NCBI GenBank assembly: GCA_041668145.1
Contig: JBAYDQ010000001.1
Coordinates: forward strand, 1-29,100
Reading direction: 5' to 3'
From: Bacilli bacterium
Lineage (GTDB): Bacteria > Bacillota_I > Bacilli_A > RFN20 > CAG-826
Length of the DNA stretch: 29,100 nt
Shown here: positions 9,224-18,326 of the stretch, piece by piece
Layout: each line of letters begins with the position of its first letter
Numbering within the stretch: position 1 is the stretch's first letter
The notes under the pieces: generated by a model
The model's database searches: none
The model's input: only the letters and a program-made list of their open reading frames with translations
What the model was told of the DNA's origin: nothing
Program-made: the position numbers and the translations under genes

Positions 9224-10206
9224 AGGAATATTTAAAAAGATATCAACCTATCATTTATCAGACTTTTGTTAATTCTTTACAAAGTCAGCATCTTTCTCAT
9301 GCTTATCTTATTGCCGGCCAACCCGGAACTCCTTTATTTGAAACAGCAAAATATTTAGCGAAATCAATTATCTGTGATAATCCTTCTCCATTAGCGTGCA
9401 ATAATTGTATTTCTTGTCTAAGAGTGGATGATGACAATTATCCTGATTTTATCGTTTATGATGGTTCAAGCCATACCATTAAAAAAGAAGAGATTGAGGC
9501 AATCGAAACCCAATTTGATAAAACAGCTTTTGAAAGCAAAGGAATCATGATTTATATTTTGCATCTCGTCGAGAATATGACTCCTGTTGCGGTTAATTCT
9601 ATTCTTAAATTTCTCGAAGAACCGGGAAATAAAATATATGCCTTTTTAACGACAAATAATGAAAGCAATGTTTTGCCCACCATCACTTCACGTTGTCAAA
9701 TTATGCATTTGAAATTAATTGATCGAAGACAGGTGATTGAAGAGGCGATAACTAAGGGTGTGTCAAATGAAGATGCTGAATTATTGTCATACTTTTATAA
9801 CGATGCTGATTTTATTATTGATGCTTTGAAAAATAAAGAAGTCGAAGAAGCATTTGAAGAGGCAAAAAATGGTTTTACGCAACTTATTAATGCTTTAGGA
9901 AGTAAAAATAGTAGTGAAGCCATCTATACTTGTGAAACAAATATTACCCCGATTATCAAAACAAAAGAGTCAGCGAGGTTTTTTCTTGATATACTAATAC
10001 AAGCTTTTGAAGATTTGGTTAATATTAAGCATGGAAAAAATCCAATTCTTAAAAGCTATAGTAATAAATTGACTATTCTTGCTAAGAATTTACCCAATAT
10101 AGAGAATAGTTTATTAGAAATATTAAGATGTCGGAATCTTATTAATACCAATGTCAACATTCCTCTTCTACTTGATCATTTAATGTTAGACATTATAAAG
10201 GAGTAA
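9214..10206 (+). CDS. holB: DNA polymerase III delta-prime subunit
   Basis: LSHAYLI, degenerate Walker A GQPGT, Cys4 cluster, NSILKFLEEP, LPTITSRCQ; tmk-holB order. Confidence 0.92.
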   Translation: MQIEEYLKRYQPIIYQTFVNSLQSQHLSHAYLIAGQPGTPLFETAKYLAKSIICDNPSPLACNNCISCLRVDDDNYPDFIVYDGSSHTIKKEEIEAIETQFDKTAFESKGIMIYILHLVENMTPVAVNSILKFLEEPGNKIYAFLTTNNESNVLPTITSRCQIMHLKLIDRRQVIEEAITKGVSNEDAELLSYFYNDADFIIDALKNKEVEEAFEEAKNGFTQLINALGSKNSSEAIYTCETNITPIIKTKESARFFLDILIQAFEDLVNIKHGKNPILKSYSNKLTILAKNLPNIENSLLEILRCRNLINTNVNIPLLLDHLMLDIIKE

Positions 10207-10209
10207 AAC

Positions 10210-11091
10210 ATGTACCAAAATAATCAAACCTCAGAACAAATAGATAATTCTATCTATGATCATTATGTCGGAATTAAATTTATTTCCGCACCACGCATTT
10301 ATTTTTTCGGAATCGAAAATCTTCCTTTAAATATTGATGATAAAGTTGTCGTTGAAACAATTAAAGGGCTTGAATTAGGCACTGTCGCCATCGAACCAAT
10401 TGATATTTCCAAGTATCAATCTAATATCGGATTAAAACCAGTGATAAGGGTGGCAACTGATGTCGATGTCCGCTTATATGAAAACAATCAGAAAGATGCG
10501 GCTCACGCTTTAGAAATTTGCCGAGGTGAAGCAGAAAAACTTCATCTTCCAATGAACTTGATTTCTTGTGAATTTACTTTAGATAAATCTAAAGTCTTGT
10601 TTTCTTATTTAGCTGATGAACGTGTCGACTTTAGAGAGTTACTCAAAACATTAGCTTCTCGACTTCATACTCGTATTGAATTAAGACAGATCGGCTCGCG
10701 TGACAAGGCTAAAATGATTGGTGGCATTGGCGTGTGTGGTCTTCCTTTATGTTGCGCCACTTTCTTGAATGAATTCGATGGAATATCCATTAGCCGAGCA
10801 AAAAATCAAATGCTCTCCATTAATATCCCTAAATTAAGCGGACACTGTGGAAAATTACTTTGCTGTCTTAAATACGAAGATGATGCCTATACCGAAGCTA
10901 AAAAATTATATCCTGAACTTGGCAGCAAGCTTTTTATTGATAAAGTGGAATACACAGTCACAAACATTAATGTTATTTCTCAAGTGGTCAAAATCGAAAA
11001 TTCTGAAGATGTGAAATTCATTCCCTTTGAAGATTTAAAAAAGCAAGCTTACTTCATTAAGAAGAGACCATCATCGAATGAAAAGAAATAA
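10210..11091 (+). CDS. ricT: RicT/YaaT (PSP1-domain) Fe-S protein
   Basis: RVDFRELLK, RIELRQIGSRD, GGIGVCGLPLCC, AKNQMLSINIPKLSGHCGKLLCCLKYE; follows holB. Confidence 0.93.
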   Translation: MYQNNQTSEQIDNSIYDHYVGIKFISAPRIYFFGIENLPLNIDDKVVVETIKGLELGTVAIEPIDISKYQSNIGLKPVIRVATDVDVRLYENNQKDAAHALEICRGEAEKLHLPMNLISCEFTLDKSKVLFSYLADERVDFRELLKTLASRLHTRIELRQIGSRDKAKMIGGIGVCGLPLCCATFLNEFDGISISRAKNQMLSINIPKLSGHCGKLLCCLKYEDDAYTEAKKLYPELGSKLFIDKVEYTVTNINVISQVVKIENSEDVKFIPFEDLKKQAYFIKKRPSSNEKK

Positions 11092-11935
11092 AAATTTTGA
11101 TAATAACGGATTTGTCTTGTATTTGGTCGCTACTCCTATCGGCAATCTTTCTGAGATGTCTAAAAGAGCAATCAATACATTGAATGATGTTGACTTAATT
11201 GCTGCAGAGGACACGAGAAATACTCATTCGCTATTAGAGAAATTTGGAATTAAAAAAGAACTATTTTCTCTTCGAGAACATAATGAATCGCAAGCTTCAG
11301 AGCATCTCATTTCATTGATAAAAGAAGGCAAAAAAGTTGCTTATGTTTCTGATGCTGGGTATCCCGGAATCAGCGATCCAGGACAAATACTAGTTAAGAA
11401 AGCTTTAGAGAGTGAAATTAAAGTCTCCACCATCAGTGGCAGTTCAGCCTTTTTAAATGCTTTAGTGGCTTCTGGTTTACCAGCAGATCATTTTTATTTT
11501 TATGGCTTTTTATCTCCAAAGGAAAAAGAAGCACAGAAAGAATTAGAAGATATTAAAAATCGCTCTGAAACCACTATTCTCTATGAAAGTCCACATCGAA
11601 TTTTTAAAACTCTATCGCTATTAAGGGAAGTTTTAAATAATAGAGAGCTTGTTCTCGCTAGAGAATTAACCAAACTTAACGAAGAATATATTTACGGAAC
11701 GGCAGAAGAAATTCTTGCTCTTGAAGGTGAAGGATTAAAGGGAGAGATGGTTATTATCATTTCTGGATGTGTAGAGAAACCTGTGGTGGAAGACAACAAA
11801 ATTATAGATAGAGTAGGTTATCTTATTAAAAAGGGTTTATCAAATAAAAACGCTATTGAAATAACTAGCGAAGAAATGAATATTAATAAAAATTATATAT
11901 ATAAGCTTGTAAACAAAGCAGATTTTTCTAAATAA
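11078..11935 (+). CDS. rsmI: 16S rRNA C1402 2'-O-methyltransferase
   Basis: LYLVATPIGNL, AAEDTR, VSDAGYPGISDPG, YESPHR, ARELTKLNEE. Confidence 0.97.
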   Translation: MKRNKNFDNNGFVLYLVATPIGNLSEMSKRAINTLNDVDLIAAEDTRNTHSLLEKFGIKKELFSLREHNESQASEHLISLIKEGKKVAYVSDAGYPGISDPGQILVKKALESEIKVSTISGSSAFLNALVASGLPADHFYFYGFLSPKEKEAQKELEDIKNRSETTILYESPHRIFKTLSLLREVLNNRELVLARELTKLNEEYIYGTAEEILALEGEGLKGEMVIIISGCVEKPVVEDNKIIDRVGYLIKKGLSNKNAIEITSEEMNINKNYIYKLVNKADFSK

Positions 11936-12092
11936 TTGTTTTTTTAATTCACTTAATTTTTTTCATAGAATATATTTTCAAAACTATTATTACAAAAAAA
12001 GTTTTTTATTATTACAAAAATAATAGGTTATATTAATCTATGAATATGCTTTTAAATTCATTATTTAATAATGATATTTATTTTGTTTTATC

Positions 12093-12121
12093 TTGCAAAC
12101 GCAGCTTGCTTTTTCTATTAT
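12093..12121 (+). promoter_or_regulatory. Candidate sigma-A promoter of typA
   Basis: TTGCAA (12093-12098), 17 nt, TATTAT (12116-12121); SD AGGAGG at 12141-12146. Confidence 0.7.
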
Positions 12122-12154
12122 AGAAAACGCGTCAATTTCAAGGAGGGTTATGTT

Positions 12155-13987
12155 ATGAATATTCGAAACATTGCAATTATCGCTCATGTTGATCATGGCA
12201 AGACCACTCTTGTTGATCAATTATTAAGAACCGCGGGGGCTTTTCGTTCAAATGAAGATGTCGAAAATCGTGTCATGGACAGCAATGACATCGAAAGAGA
12301 AAGAGGCATCACCATTTTGGCGAAAACAACCTCGATTACTTACGACAATACTTTAATTAACATCTTAGATACTCCTGGGCACGCTGATTTTGGTGGCGAG
12401 GTCGAGAGAATTATGAACATGGTTGATGGGTGTCTGCTTTTAGTTGATGCTTTTGAAGGCACCATGCCTCAAACAAGATTTGTTCTTAAAAAAGCTTTAG
12501 AAGCTCACATTAAACCAATTGTTGTCATTAACAAAATCGACCGTCCTAATTGCAGTATTAAAAATACTGTTGATCAAGTTTTAAATTTGTTTATTGAATT
12601 AGGAGCTCCCGATGAATTTTTAGATTTTCCTATTGTCTATACATCAGCCTTAAAAGGGACCAGTTCTCTTTCATCTGATCCTGCGAAACAAGTTCCTGGC
12701 ATGGACGCCGTTTTAGAAACAATTATTAAAAACATTCCCGCTCCACAAGCCGATGTCAACGCTCCATTTCAAATGCAAATAGCGTTGCTTGACTATAACG
12801 ACTTTGTGGGAAGAATTGGCATTGGTACAATTAAAAAAGGTTCAGTTCATGTTGATGATGTAGTTGCTGTTTCGCGTTTAAATGGCAGTGTAAAACAATT
12901 TCGTGTCATGAAATTGTTTGGTTATGAAGCTACTCACCGATTAGAAATTGAAAAAGCCTCAGCGGGCGAGATTGTCGCGATTGCTGGTTTAACCGATATT
13001 AATGTGGGAGAAACTATATGCGCAACTGATTGCGTTGAACCATTGCCCTTAATCAAACTTGATGAGCCCACTTTGCAAATGACTTTTGGAACTAATTCCT
13101 CTCCTTTCGCTGGAAAAGAAGGAACACAATTAACTGCTCGCAAAATTGATGAGAGATTATTCCGTGAAATGCAAAAAGATGTGGCGTTAAAAGTAAGCCG
13201 TGTTTCAAAAAGTGAATCTTGGATTGTTTCTGGCCGAGGCGAACTTCATCTTTCAATTTTAATTGAAAATATGCGTCGAGAATCCTTTGAACTCGAGGTT
13301 TCAAAACCACGAGTTATCATTCGAGAAATTGATGGAGTTAAATGCGAACCATATGAGGATCTCACTATTGATGTTCCTAATGAATATGTCGGTGATGTTA
13401 TGACAAGCATCGGCAGTCGCGGAGGCGAATTGATTAGCATGGATGCGCGCGAAACAATTACGATTCTGGAATTTATTATTGCTTCTCGAGGATTAATCGG
13501 GTATTCAACAATTTTTATGTCATTAACAAAAGGTTATGGCATTATGTCACATACCTACCGTGAATATCGTCCTATGGTTACTGAAGAGTTAGGCCAACGT
13601 CCAATTGGCGTTCTCGTCGCTACCGAAACAGGACAAGCCACTCCTTATGCCATCCAACATATTGAAGAACGAGGAACAATGTTTATTGATCCTGGAACAC
13701 TGGTTTATGAAGGCATGATTATCGGCGAGAATCGTTACCCTATTGATTTGGCTGTTAATGTCACAACTAAAAAAGCTTTAACTAATATGCGTAGTTCCAA
13801 TAAAGACAATACCGTCGTTTTAAAAACGCCAAGAAAAATGTCTCTTGAGAGCTGCCTTGATTATATCAATGCTGATGAACTTGTGGAAATTACTCCTTCA
13901 ACATACCGCATGAGAAAAAAGATTTTAAAAACTGTCGAAAGAAAGAAATATGACTCAAAAACACGAAATGGAGAAGAAATGAAATAG
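12155..13987 (+). CDS. typA: Translational GTPase TypA/BipA
   Basis: [54 protein letters not shown]. Start moved to ATG 12155 (SD AGGAGG). Confidence 0.99.
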   Translation: MNIRNIAIIAHVDHGKTTLVDQLLRTAGAFRSNEDVENRVMDSNDIERERGITILAKTTSITYDNTLINILDTPGHADFGGEVERIMNMVDGCLLLVDAFEGTMPQTRFVLKKALEAHIKPIVVINKIDRPNCSIKNTVDQVLNLFIELGAPDEFLDFPIVYTSALKGTSSLSSDPAKQVPGMDAVLETIIKNIPAPQADVNAPFQMQIALLDYNDFVGRIGIGTIKKGSVHVDDVVAVSRLNGSVKQFRVMKLFGYEATHRLEIEKASAGEIVAIAGLTDINVGETICATDCVEPLPLIKLDEPTLQMTFGTNSSPFAGKEGTQLTARKIDERLFREMQKDVALKVSRVSKSESWIVSGRGELHLSILIENMRRESFELEVSKPRVIIREIDGVKCEPYEDLTIDVPNEYVGDVMTSIGSRGGELISMDARETITILEFIIASRGLIGYSTIFMSLTKGYGIMSHTYREYRPMVTEELGQRPIGVLVATETGQATPYAIQHIEERGTMFIDPGTLVYEGMIIGENRYPIDLAVNVTTKKALTNMRSSNKDNTVVLKTPRKMSLESCLDYINADELVEITPSTYRMRKKILKTVERKKYDSKTRNGEEMK

Positions 13988-14006
13988 CTGCGGTGCAGCT
14001 ATTTTT
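13982..14006. terminator. Bidirectional intrinsic terminator between the convergent typA and rluA-family genes
   Basis: AAATAGCTGC-GGT-GCAGCTATTT followed by more T; the typA TAG is inside the stem. Confidence 0.8.
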
Positions 14007-14949
14007 ATTTAATATTTTTATCTCGCGGAAAGAGAATAGAAAACTCTTTCGGGATTGGGGCATTAAATTTCATTATTTTACCATTGACTGGGTGTTTAAA
14101 TTCTAAACAATATGCGTGGAGACCTAAACGTTTAATTGGATTGGAAGGCTCACCATATTTATCGTCCCCAATCACATAATGACCAAGATCGCCCATGTGG
14201 ACACGAATTTGATTTTTCCGTCCTGTATCAATGTTGATATCAAGGAGAGAATAGTTATCCTTTTCCCTAATAACTTTGTAATGAGTAATAGATAGTTGTC
14301 CATCTCCAGCCTTTTTTGAAGAATACATTAAACTTTGAGCATTCTTTTTGAGATATGATCTAACTGTTCCACTTGGCTCTTCCATCTTGCCTTCAACAAT
14401 GGCAAAATAACCACGTTTAATCACCAATTCATTCCAATGATCTTGCATTTGTTTTTGAATGGTGGGATTCTTTGCCATAATCAAAACTCCAGAAGTGTCC
14501 TCATCAATTCGATGCACTACAAAGATACGATTGTGTTTGTCTTTTTGTTGGACATAATCTGACAACATGCGATAGGCAGTTGAACCTTTTTCTTTATCAG
14601 AAGCAATTGACAATAATCCACTGGGCTTATTGATAACAATAAATTCTGAATCTTCATAAAGAATTGGCAAGTTACTACGCGTTTTTTTTCGAATAGGAGT
14701 CGAGGTGACAATCACTTCGTCATCGGGATATAGTTTGAAATCGAATTGAGAGATAGGCGCTCCATTAACACTAATACGGTGAGAAGAGAGAAGCGACTTC
14801 ACTGAATTACGAGATTGACTAGCGAATGTTTCAAGCAGAAATGGCAAAAGCTCAATTCGTTTTTTGACACTGAATTGCTTTATATTTCGATAGTCTTTAA
14901 TTCTTTGTTTAGCTTGATGCGGCGAAACAGTTTTAGCGTTTTTGTTCAT
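14005..14949 (-). CDS. RluA-family pseudouridine synthase with an S4-like N-terminal domain
   Basis: VINKPSGLL, catalytic VHRIDEDTSG, TGRKNQIRVH, IGDDKYG, LGLHAY. Confidence 0.93.
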   Translation of the reverse strand: MNKNAKTVSPHQAKQRIKDYRNIKQFSVKKRIELLPFLLETFASQSRNSVKSLLSSHRISVNGAPISQFDFKLYPDDEVIVTSTPIRKKTRSNLPILYEDSEFIVINKPSGLLSIASDKEKGSTAYRMLSDYVQQKDKHNRIFVVHRIDEDTSGVLIMAKNPTIQKQMQDHWNELVIKRGYFAIVEGKMEEPSGTVRSYLKKNAQSLMYSSKKAGDGQLSITHYKVIREKDNYSLLDINIDTGRKNQIRVHMGDLGHYVIGDDKYGEPSNPIKRLGLHAYCLEFKHPVNGKIMKFNAPIPKEFSILFPRDKNIK

Positions 14950-15817
14950 CGTTAACCTTTCTAATAATCATGGAGGCAATGGCTTGGGCAACATTCTGTC
15001 CAGTAACGAGCTCAAATTCTTCAAAAAATGCATTGGAATTAATTTCACAAAGCATAATCTCTCCATTATTTTCTAATAAATCTAAACCAGCATACTCAAT
15101 ATGCAGCAAATCAGAAACTTTTTGCGCAAAAGTGGCATATTTTTCAATATTTCCGATTTTTTCCCCTCCCGCTGTCGCTCCATAATTACTTCGGAAATCT
15201 TGTGTATTTTTCCTTATGAAGGCGCCAAAAACTTTACCATCAATAATTAAAACACGTATCGTTTTTCCGATTGAAGAAGAGATATATTCTTGAAAGATAA
15301 TTGGATTACGATAAATCTCTGAATAGAGTTTTACTAGTTCTTCGTGATTGTTGATTCGATAAACACCTTCGCCGAGCGAGCCATAAACTTTCTTCACAAT
15401 TAATGGGAAACCAAGTTTATTTTCAACATCTCTAAGAAAAGTAATATGTCGATCTTGGAGTTCGTAATAAACAAGAGGAGCGGAGATAGTTATTGGCATT
15501 CTGATACCATGATTGGAACAAGCGATAAATGTCAGCATTTTATCATCGCAAAGTTTGATAAAATCGGCGTGATTAAATAATCGATAATTCGCTTTTTCTA
15601 ATAGTCTTGCTAAATAGATATCTTTATCCATATAGATGACGAAATCAGCCTGAGGGAGATGAATATTAATGTTATCATTTTCAATAGACGCTAAGGTGCC
15701 ATCATTAACGAAAACATCAACTTGAATTGAAGTTTTAGCAAATTCTTCTTTTAGCCGATCAACTTTATAGGCATTATGACCAATTTCTTGATTAACAATA
15801 ATAATTCCGTTCATCAT
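14933..15817 (-). CDS. RimK-family ATP-grasp ligase
   Basis: LCDDKMLT, GFPLIVKKVYGSLGEGV, IFQEYI, FRSNYGATAGG, YAGLDLL, CEINSN. Start is GTG 15820, ATG 15817 or ATG 15814. Confidence 0.88.
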   Translation of the reverse strand: MMNGIIIVNQEIGHNAYKVDRLKEEFAKTSIQVDVFVNDGTLASIENDNINIHLPQADFVIYMDKDIYLARLLEKANYRLFNHADFIKLCDDKMLTFIACSNHGIRMPITISAPLVYYELQDRHITFLRDVENKLGFPLIVKKVYGSLGEGVYRINNHEELVKLYSEIYRNPIIFQEYISSSIGKTIRVLIIDGKVFGAFIRKNTQDFRSNYGATAGGEKIGNIEKYATFAQKVSDLLHIEYAGLDLLENNGEIMLCEINSNAFFEEFELVTGQNVAQAIASMIIRKVNDEQKR

Positions 15818-15852
15818 CACTAATCATATTATTTATTCAAAAGTATAACCAC

Positions 15853-15875
15853 AAAAAAAGCGATTATTAATCGCT
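15853..15875 (-). terminator. Intrinsic terminator after degV
   Basis: Minus strand AGCGATT-AAT-AATCGCT followed by T6, 6 nt past the degV stop. Confidence 0.7.
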
Positions 15876-15881
15876 CTTTAA

Positions 15882-16793
15882 TTAAAAATCAAGACTAGGG
15901 CCTACTTCATCGCCATCGTAACGAGTGACTTCTTTGCCATAGCAGAAAGTTGCTAAAACACCCGGTCCGCAAGTTGTTCCGATAATTGGTCCAACCCACC
16001 ATATCTCAGTTTTAACATTGAGTTCTTTTTCAAATTTCTTTTTTAGACGCAAAGCGCGATCCATCGCCATACCTTGAGAAACAACCACGGTTTGACATTT
16101 CGTCTTATCAATTGTTTTAGCGACGCCATCAAAAAGAATTTTATCGGCGTTCTTTGTTCCCGTCACAGTTCCCAATGTATAGTTATCTCCGTGAGCATCT
16201 GATATAAAAATTGGCTTTTTGTGGAATAAATTACCCATAAAAGCTTTTGAGCCTTTGATACGACCGGCGTTTTTAATATAATTAAGATCCTCGACGGTGG
16301 CAAATTGGTTATATTTCAGTTTGTTTTCTTGCACCCAAGAAATCAACTCATCAAGATTTAAACCCTTCTCGCGTTGAATAGCGGCATCGATAACGAGCAT
16401 TCCTAAGCAACCGGAAGCCGTCAAAGAATCAATTGATTCAATTCGTCGGGAAGAATATTTGCGAAGCAGTTCTTCTTTTGCCAATTTAAAAACATTTAAT
16501 GATCCTGTTAATTTACTGGAACATCCAATATACAAAATATCTAATTCCTTTTCCAAAAATGGGGAAAAACAGTCGATAAACTCGCCTAAAGAAACTTGCG
16601 TTGTTTTAATTGTTTTGCCTTCAATCATCCAACCATAGAATTCTTCTGGTTTATATTCAATCCAATCTAGATCTGCGTGCTTCTCTTCTCCATCTACAAC
16701 TAAGCCCATCCGAACATACTCAATCTTGTTTTTTTGGCGCAGCTCCGTAGAAAGATCACTACAAGAATCTGTAAAAATTATGTATCTATTCAT
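15882..16793 (-). CDS. DegV family fatty-acid-binding protein (FakB-like)
   Basis: IFTDSCSDL, KTTQVS, SSKLTGS, IDSLTASG, VEDLNYIKNAGRI, GPIIGTTCGPG. Start moved to ATG 16793 (SD GGAGG). Confidence 0.92.
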   Translation of the reverse strand: MNRYIIFTDSCSDLSTELRQKNKIEYVRMGLVVDGEEKHADLDWIEYKPEEFYGWMIEGKTIKTTQVSLGEFIDCFSPFLEKELDILYIGCSSKLTGSLNVFKLAKEELLRKYSSRRIESIDSLTASGCLGMLVIDAAIQREKGLNLDELISWVQENKLKYNQFATVEDLNYIKNAGRIKGSKAFMGNLFHKKPIFISDAHGDNYTLGTVTGTKNADKILFDGVAKTIDKTKCQTVVVSQGMAMDRALRLKKKFEKELNVKTEIWWVGPIIGTTCGPGVLATFCYGKEVTRYDGDEVGPSLDF

Positions 16794-16876
16794 ATTAGCG
16801 TCCTCCAATACTATGATGCGTGAAGTAAAAGATAAAATCTAGCCAAAATAATTAAATGAATGTTACAAATGTAATT

Positions 16877-17386
16877 TTAACTATATTTTGTGAAATGTAC
16901 TTTCTCAAAATATCTTTTCTGATGAGAATATTCTTTTAAACTGGCTTTTTCATTATGCAAACGAATTTTCAAGTCATTATATTCTTTTATAAGTGAGTAA
17001 TTATTTTTAAGTTTTTTAACAAAATTAGCCATTTGACGATAAACTATTCCATTGTATTTAACAATATGAATAATAAATTTAATGATTCCATCCACTCTCT
17101 TGCCCATGACAAAATGGTTGATAGATGAACCCTTAGAAGAAAAGAGATATCCATTGGCGCTTAAAGAGTCGCGAACGGTAATCAAATCAAGAGGATTCAT
17201 GACACCAATTGCAATATCAATAATTGGTCTTGAAACGGCTCCTTCAACAGCGGTTGAACCAATATGAACAATATGAACATCAATTATCTTTGGCAAAAAA
17301 GAAAGAATAATTTTTCTTTCTTGTCTAAAATCAGTTGGCCATGAAGGATTATAGTTTGAGAGTGAGAACGACTTTTTAACTTCCAT
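16877..17386 (-). CDS. GrpB/UPF0157 family protein (nucleotidyltransferase-like fold), divergent
   Basis: YNPSWP..F..E, HIGSTAV, RPIIDI, EYNDLK. Confidence 0.85.
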   Translation of the reverse strand: MEVKKSFSLSNYNPSWPTDFRQERKIILSFLPKIIDVHIVHIGSTAVEGAVSRPIIDIAIGVMNPLDLITVRDSLSANGYLFSSKGSSINHFVMGKRVDGIIKFIIHIVKYNGIVYRQMANFVKKLKNNYSLIKEYNDLKIRLHNEKASLKEYSHQKRYFEKVHFTKYS

Positions 17387-17392
17387 ATCCTC

Positions 17393-17421
17393 ATTCTACA
17401 CTCAACGAGAACAATGCTAAA
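17393..17421 (-). promoter_or_regulatory. Candidate promoter of the grpB-like gene (leaderless geometry)
   Basis: Minus strand TTTAGC, 17 nt, TAGAAT, then 6 nt to the ATG. Confidence 0.4.
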
Positions 17422-17423
17422 TG

Positions 17424-18275
17424 TTATTTACTGTTTTCCATTGAGAAACGCCCGTGGCTTTTATCGTTTTTATCGATTATTATTTCAGGAATTTGATCAA
17501 TCATCAATTTTCCCGATAATGGATTTTTAATTGAAATCAGCGTCCCTTTTATGATTCCATTAACTTCGGAATATTCAAAAGCGAGATCAGCTTTTTCAAA
17601 GGTACAATTAACAAACTTGATATTTTTGGCATAACATAAAGGTTGAGTTCCGACAATACGACAATTGTTAAATGTAATATTCTGAGAATGCCAACCTAAG
17701 TATTCTCCAATAATTGTCGAGTTTCTAATAACAGCGTTTTTGGTATGCCAAAAAGCATCTTTGGTATTCAGCACACAATTATCAATTTTTAAACCATCGA
17801 TATATTGAAATGAATATTTCCCATCTAATACTACATTTTTCAAAATCACATTTTTTGAGCGAAAGAAAGCATAAAATCCTACGACATGGCTATCTTCAAT
17901 TTTTAAATCATGGCATTGCCAACCAAATTCATCAGAAATAAAAGTGCTGTGGAGAATTTCTACGTGTTTGTCCTCACGCACCGCCTTCACTCCTTGTGAA
18001 TGAACATTATCGATAAAGAGGTGTTGATCATACCAAAATGGAGCGCGAGCTGTTTTCGAAATTTTAGTATTTAACACTCTCGTATTTTGATTATTCCAAC
18101 AGAGATAACGCAACGCCAATTTACTTTTTACAATTTCGATATTTTGACATTCCTTAAAAGCGCTCTCGCCATCTAACTCTCCAGCGATGGTAATGTTTTT
18201 AAAACGACAATTCTTCGAGGCAAAATATGCTCTTTCTTCGTCATGTTTTTCGTTTTTGATTAATTTAATTTTCAT
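17424..18275 (-). CDS. DUF3737 family protein (probable beta-helix)
   Basis: ERAYF, GESAFKE, RAPFWY, KYSFQY, TKDAFW, GEYLGWHS, GTQPLCY, DLAFEYS, SIKNP. Confidence 0.88.
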   Translation of the reverse strand: MKIKLIKNEKHDEERAYFASKNCRFKNITIAGELDGESAFKECQNIEIVKSKLALRYLCWNNQNTRVLNTKISKTARAPFWYDQHLFIDNVHSQGVKAVREDKHVEILHSTFISDEFGWQCHDLKIEDSHVVGFYAFFRSKNVILKNVVLDGKYSFQYIDGLKIDNCVLNTKDAFWHTKNAVIRNSTIIGEYLGWHSQNITFNNCRIVGTQPLCYAKNIKFVNCTFEKADLAFEYSEVNGIIKGTLISIKNPLSGKLMIDQIPEIIIDKNDKSHGRFSMENSK

Positions 18276-18282
18276 AGTAAAG

Positions 18283-18293
18283 ACTCTACCATA
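18283..18293 (-). promoter_or_regulatory. Candidate extended -10 of the DUF3737 gene (leaderless geometry)
   Basis: Minus strand TATG-G-TAGAGT, then 7 nt to the ATG; no SD. Confidence 0.45.
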
Positions 18294-18326
18294 TTAGTTG
18301 ATTAATATATATTAATATGCTCGATT

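Noticed and set aside
8497-10449. Arg codon reassignment (AGG to Met, CGG to Trp/Gln), reported in some uncultivated Bacilli
   Set aside because: AGG at 10447-10449 falls on the conserved Arg of RicT VIRVA, and CGG at 8497-8499 on the conserved Arg of RecR VTRLA. Only two codons were checked.
12071-12154. Hydrophobic 28-aa N-terminal extension of TypA in the ORF track
   Set aside because: It runs through the promoter and SD; ATG 12155 gives the canonical MNIRNIAI start.
16863-16874. TTACA-AA-TGTAA palindrome upstream of degV
   Set aside because: Only 5-bp arms in AT-rich DNA, overlapping the grpB-like 3' flank; too weak to call an operator.
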